A stretch of DNA of 62,563 nucleotides, the filler included, from Globobulimina sp. (Eukaryota), in the NCBI GenBank assembly GCA_003354225.1. It is 38 parts of 38 records of this genome, joined end to end, with 100 filler letters (N's around TTAATTAATTAA, not from the genome) between each part and the next. Parts side by side here need not be neighbours in the genome. Positions count along the whole stretch, not along the records: positions 57,720 to 59,267 come from PIVH01014974.1; positions 59,368 to 60,915 come from PIVH01014975.1; positions 61,016 to 62,563 come from PIVH01014976.1; 35 more parts are not named here. One strand, 5' to 3'. The translations under genes and the position numbers were made by a program. This document shows positions 59,100 through 62,563 of this stretch, in pieces. Numbering within the stretch: the first letter of the stretch is position 1; each line of letters starts with the position of its first letter. Under the pieces are notes generated by a model. That model searched no databases and was not told the origin of the DNA. It saw only the letters and a list, made by a program, of their open reading frames with translations.

Positions 59100-59367
59100 G
59101 ATTAACTTTAAATTCAGAGTCTACTGTATTTAAAAAACTTTCATTTCATTTCATTAGGGTTTTTGCTTTTAGTTCATTTCTTCAATCAACATTTAAATTT
59201 TCTATTTTTACTAACATTTGAGTGCTTCACTTTGTAACTAAGTATGCTGACCATGGGCAATAACTCTNNNNNNNNNNNNNNNNNNNNNNNNNNNNNNNNN
59301 NNNNNNNNNNNTTAATTAATTAANNNNNNNNNNNNNNNNNNNNNNNNNNNNNNNNNNNNNNNNNNNN

Positions 59368-59901
59368 TTTAAATTCAATCAAATCAAACAACAGCAGGTA
59401 TCACAAAGCAATCGGAATTTGAGAGAAATGCAAGATATGGAATATCAGCGGGCATTAATACAACAAGAAGAGGAACAGCAACAAATACAAGAATCAGCAC
59501 AAGCAATACCAGCAATAGCACCAATACCAGACCATACCACTCAAATAAACCAAATAAATAAAATATATCAACTAAAAAGAATGGAAATTGCAAATGCAAA
59601 AATAAATAAATTAACATCAATAATTGAGAACTCATCAAAAGATAAATTAATTCGCGTTGCCTTACGATTACCAAATGGGGAGAGAGTGCAACATATATTT
59701 TGTAATGAAAATCTTGTGGAGTCATTATTTGATTTTGCATTATGTCATGAATTAAAAATTGATGATAAACACATTGATGAATTTGAATTAGTTTGTTCTT
59801 ATCCGAAGAAAATATTTACTCAAAATGATAAACATTTGACTCTTGAATCTGTTGGAATTGAACATTCCACAATTTTGTTTGTACAAGAAAAAGATTCGTA
59901 A
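59368..59901 (+). CDS. UBX-domain protein (FAF-like) C-terminus
   Basis: LREMQD.EY..AL coiled coil, LRLPNGERV..F, YPKK, LTL..VG. Confidence 0.85.
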   Translation, partial: FKFNQIKQQQVSQSNRNLREMQDMEYQRALIQQEEEQQQIQESAQAIPAIAPIPDHTTQINQINKIYQLKRMEIANAKINKLTSIIENSSKDKLIRVALRLPNGERVQHIFCNENLVESLFDFALCHELKIDDKHIDEFELVCSYPKKIFTQNDKHLTLESVGIEHSTILFVQEKDS

Positions 59902-59974
59902 TTTTTCATAATTCAATCTGTTGCTTATTTATTTATTAAAAATCTTTTTTTTTAGCGAATACAGCATACTAGCA

Positions 59975-60547
59975 ATGAACCCAATGTTTGAGCAACAATT
60001 AACGTCCATTAAAATATTGTTATTGGAAACTTCAAATGATAGGAAATGGAGCAATTTGAGAAACGAACTGGTAAAATATGAAATGTATTTAAAACAACAA
60101 TTGTCCTTTGACAGCAACAACAACAACAATAACAACAACAACAACAATAATAATATTACGAATGGAATACGAGTTATACGACCAACCAAACCGCCATTAA
60201 GATTGAAAAGTAATTCGGTATCAAATGACCATGAAAGAGGAAGAGGTGAAGATTACAATTGCAATGAAAATGAAAATGAAAATGAGAAAAATAAAATATT
60301 TCCAACCAAACCGCCAATGAGACTGAAACAACAATCACAATTAAACAAAAATAATCCTTTATTACGTTTATTTATTCGATTACCAACCAATAGAAATGAA
60401 AAAATAACAGTTCAAACTATAGAAATTGTTATTTGGCATGGCGATGATAATGAAATTCAACAAGTTGTGAATAAATTATGTTCTACAAATCAATTACAAG
60501 AATACAAAAATGACATAAAAAATACAATTGTAGACTTAATAAAATAA
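59975..60547 (+). CDS. Hypothetical protein with poly-Asn and duplicated PTKPP.RLK
   Basis: Complete ORF. Confidence 0.5.
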   Translation: MNPMFEQQLTSIKILLLETSNDRKWSNLRNELVKYEMYLKQQLSFDSNNNNNNNNNNNNNITNGIRVIRPTKPPLRLKSNSVSNDHERGRGEDYNCNENENENEKNKIFPTKPPMRLKQQSQLNKNNPLLRLFIRLPTNRNEKITVQTIEIVIWHGDDNEIQQVVNKLCSTNQLQEYKNDIKNTIVDLIK

Positions 60548-61015
60548 AGAGTAAGTCTTTAATTCATTAATCATGTAAGTCTTTAACATAAATTGTTGGC
60601 AATGATCTAAACGATTCAACAAAATGTCTCTTTATAAAATACTGTATGGTAAAACAAGCCACTTTGCATTGTGTCAACACTTTTTGTATTGTATTTATTC
60701 CTATTTTGCCTTTAATATCACAATAAATTAAATCCATCTCATTATTCATATGCATTTCATCATTTTGATGATTATTTGAATCATTATTAGCATTTTGATG
60801 ATTATTTGAATCGTTATTTTTTTGATATCTTCTTTTTCTTTTTTTTTTTTTTAAATTATCAATGAAGATTACTTGATGATAATCGTTTTTATCATTTTCT
60901 TTTATTTTTGATGATNNNNNNNNNNNNNNNNNNNNNNNNNNNNNNNNNNNNNNNNNNNNTTAATTAATTAANNNNNNNNNNNNNNNNNNNNNNNNNNNNN
61001 NNNNNNNNNNNNNNN

Positions 61016-62563
61016 ATTCCTTTCATCCATACTGGAATATTCATTATAAATTGTCACTACAGCTTCGCCCTCAAATGGCGTTAAAAATTCACAAATGGAC
61101 ATAAATTGTTGCAATTGTATTTTAATGGTTAGGTCCTGACAATCGAATGGAAAATTATCCAACTCGAATATTTCCCAAAATGTTGCGTCAATCCAATACG
61201 TACCGCTTATCAAATATGGTACTGAGGTCACACCAGCACTGCTATCTGACTCTCCTTTGCGTAATATCGTGTATTCTGTGCTCCAATGGGTTTGTTTTAA
61301 TCCCATGTCATGGATTTCAATTAAATTTGGAAAAGAAAATTGTGGCCTCCAAAATGGCTGGAAATCAGTGGGTTTATCTTTATATAATTCCACTTCTTCC
61401 TTGCTTGGTTTCCATGAATGTTTGATTGCTAATTTTGCGCGAAATGAGTGATTTTTTGTACAAATATTACTCACTCTTTCCACCACAATGGATACTCCAA
61501 TACGTCGCGCCCATTTATCCGTTAATGTGTTGTAGTATTTTTTAATTAATTGTTGATAGCAGCACAATGTACACACTCTCCAACCTTTGGAGCCATGAAT
61601 ATTATTTATGCCATCATCACAATGATCACATTCAAAATATTCAACACCTGCAACAATGTTGAGATGGCCACAAAATTCGCACAGCAAATGCATCTCTGAG
61701 CTGTCCACACTTTTTTTAATTAAGTTTGCTCCGCAAAAACATTTCAATTCATTTTGATTATCCATATCATCACACAAATGTTCATATTTCTTTTTCATTT
61801 CATTTATTTTCGTATCGATGCAAAATGTTTCACTGCATTCCACTTCGTGCTTTTCTTCCATTTGTTCATTTTGTTGTGTCTTATGAATGGATAAGTTAAT
61901 CATTTGTTTGTTCACCATTTCTGTGACAGACTTGCTAGTGATTCGAGGATAATCTTTCCCAAATTTTGATTTTGTGAATGTCTCTGTCAGTATGTTGCTG
62001 TTCGTATTTATATTCTCATTCGCTATATTTAACTGCATATCTAATGTGTTTGCGTGGCCATTGCCAAATACATCATTGTCATTATCATTTTGGAGAGATA
62101 TTTTATTATCAAATGCATTGTGTGTTATTAGCGGTTGAATGGTGGTTTGGTGGTCGTGCTGTGTTGAATGTTGATTATTGTTTTGGTTTTTTTGTTCTTT
62201 TGCAATGTTTTTTAATCGTTTATGTTTATTATATGATATTCGTGTCGATGGTTTTGAGGAAGATGTGTCAATTATTGATTGCATTGAAGATATCCATTGT
62301 TTTCGATCGTTTTCCGATCGGGAGGAAAAAAACCAATTTCTTGATGGTGTCGCAATCTCAAAGCCATAGCGCCAATTCTTACTATGCTCTCTACTATTTT
62401 CTATCTTTGATGTTTCTGAAATATCAATGCTGCCTTTCAATATTTCGTAATAATTATCTTCGTAATATTTGAGGGTTTGATCGCTGTATAAAACCAACCA
62501 TCTTTTCTTGTATCCAGCCATAAAAGTTTGACCTTTTAAAATATATTTCGTTTTTAGGTGTTG
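61016..62563 (-). CDS. PH domain + Cys-rich finger + pLGIC-type ligand-binding domain (both ends partial)
   Basis: KKRWLVL...LKYY...KGSIDI...FEI.TP.R...W; SFRAKL...W, WRPQFSFPN, ELDNFPFDCQDL.I.I. Confidence 0.85.

Noticed and set aside
60761-60812. 22-bp duplication CATTTTGATGATTATTTGAATC
   Set aside because: Ordinary low-complexity repeat in a probable Asn-rich coding fragment
1-62563. Apparent clustering of chromatin genes (H1, H2B, E(z), PZP, bromo-HMG, MCM3)
   Set aside because: They lie on separate contigs ordered by length, so there is no linkage

Overview
This window is not one locus. It is 38 short, length-sorted contigs (1551-1548 bp) joined by artificial 100-nt spacers (44 N + TTAATTAATTAA + 44 N), so adjacency across spacers means nothing. 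The DNA is AT-rich, gene-dense and eukaryotic, with the standard code and short GT-AG introns. The gene-family flavour suggests a rhizarian or foraminiferan-like protist, which is inference only. Recognisable genes include MCM3, DGAT2, CDC16, RRP45, GalE, histones H1 and H2B, an E(z) homolog, KIFBP, an E2, a USP, a MAPK, an ABCC transporter, VIT-vWA, BTB, a C-type lectin, JmjC-TPR, bromodomain-HMG, Schlafen AlbA_2 and a proline-racemase-family enzyme. There are also several MITEs and a 1.47-kb TIR element. The best leads are: (1) a PH domain fused, with no intervening membrane span, to a Cys-less pentameric ligand-gated channel ligand-binding domain; (2) a recurrent non-coding 14-mer, TATCCTTGCACTCA, in introns and 3' regions of unrelated genes; (3) fold-back hairpins in the longer introns; (4) a PTS2-tagged Ser/Cys proline-racemase-family enzyme; (5) a catalytically dead USP fused to an F-box-like motif; (6) a bacterial-type NAD-GDH fragment joined to host DNA. 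Several abrupt junctions suggest amplification or assembly chimeras. All assignments are by-eye motif recognition; no searches were run.
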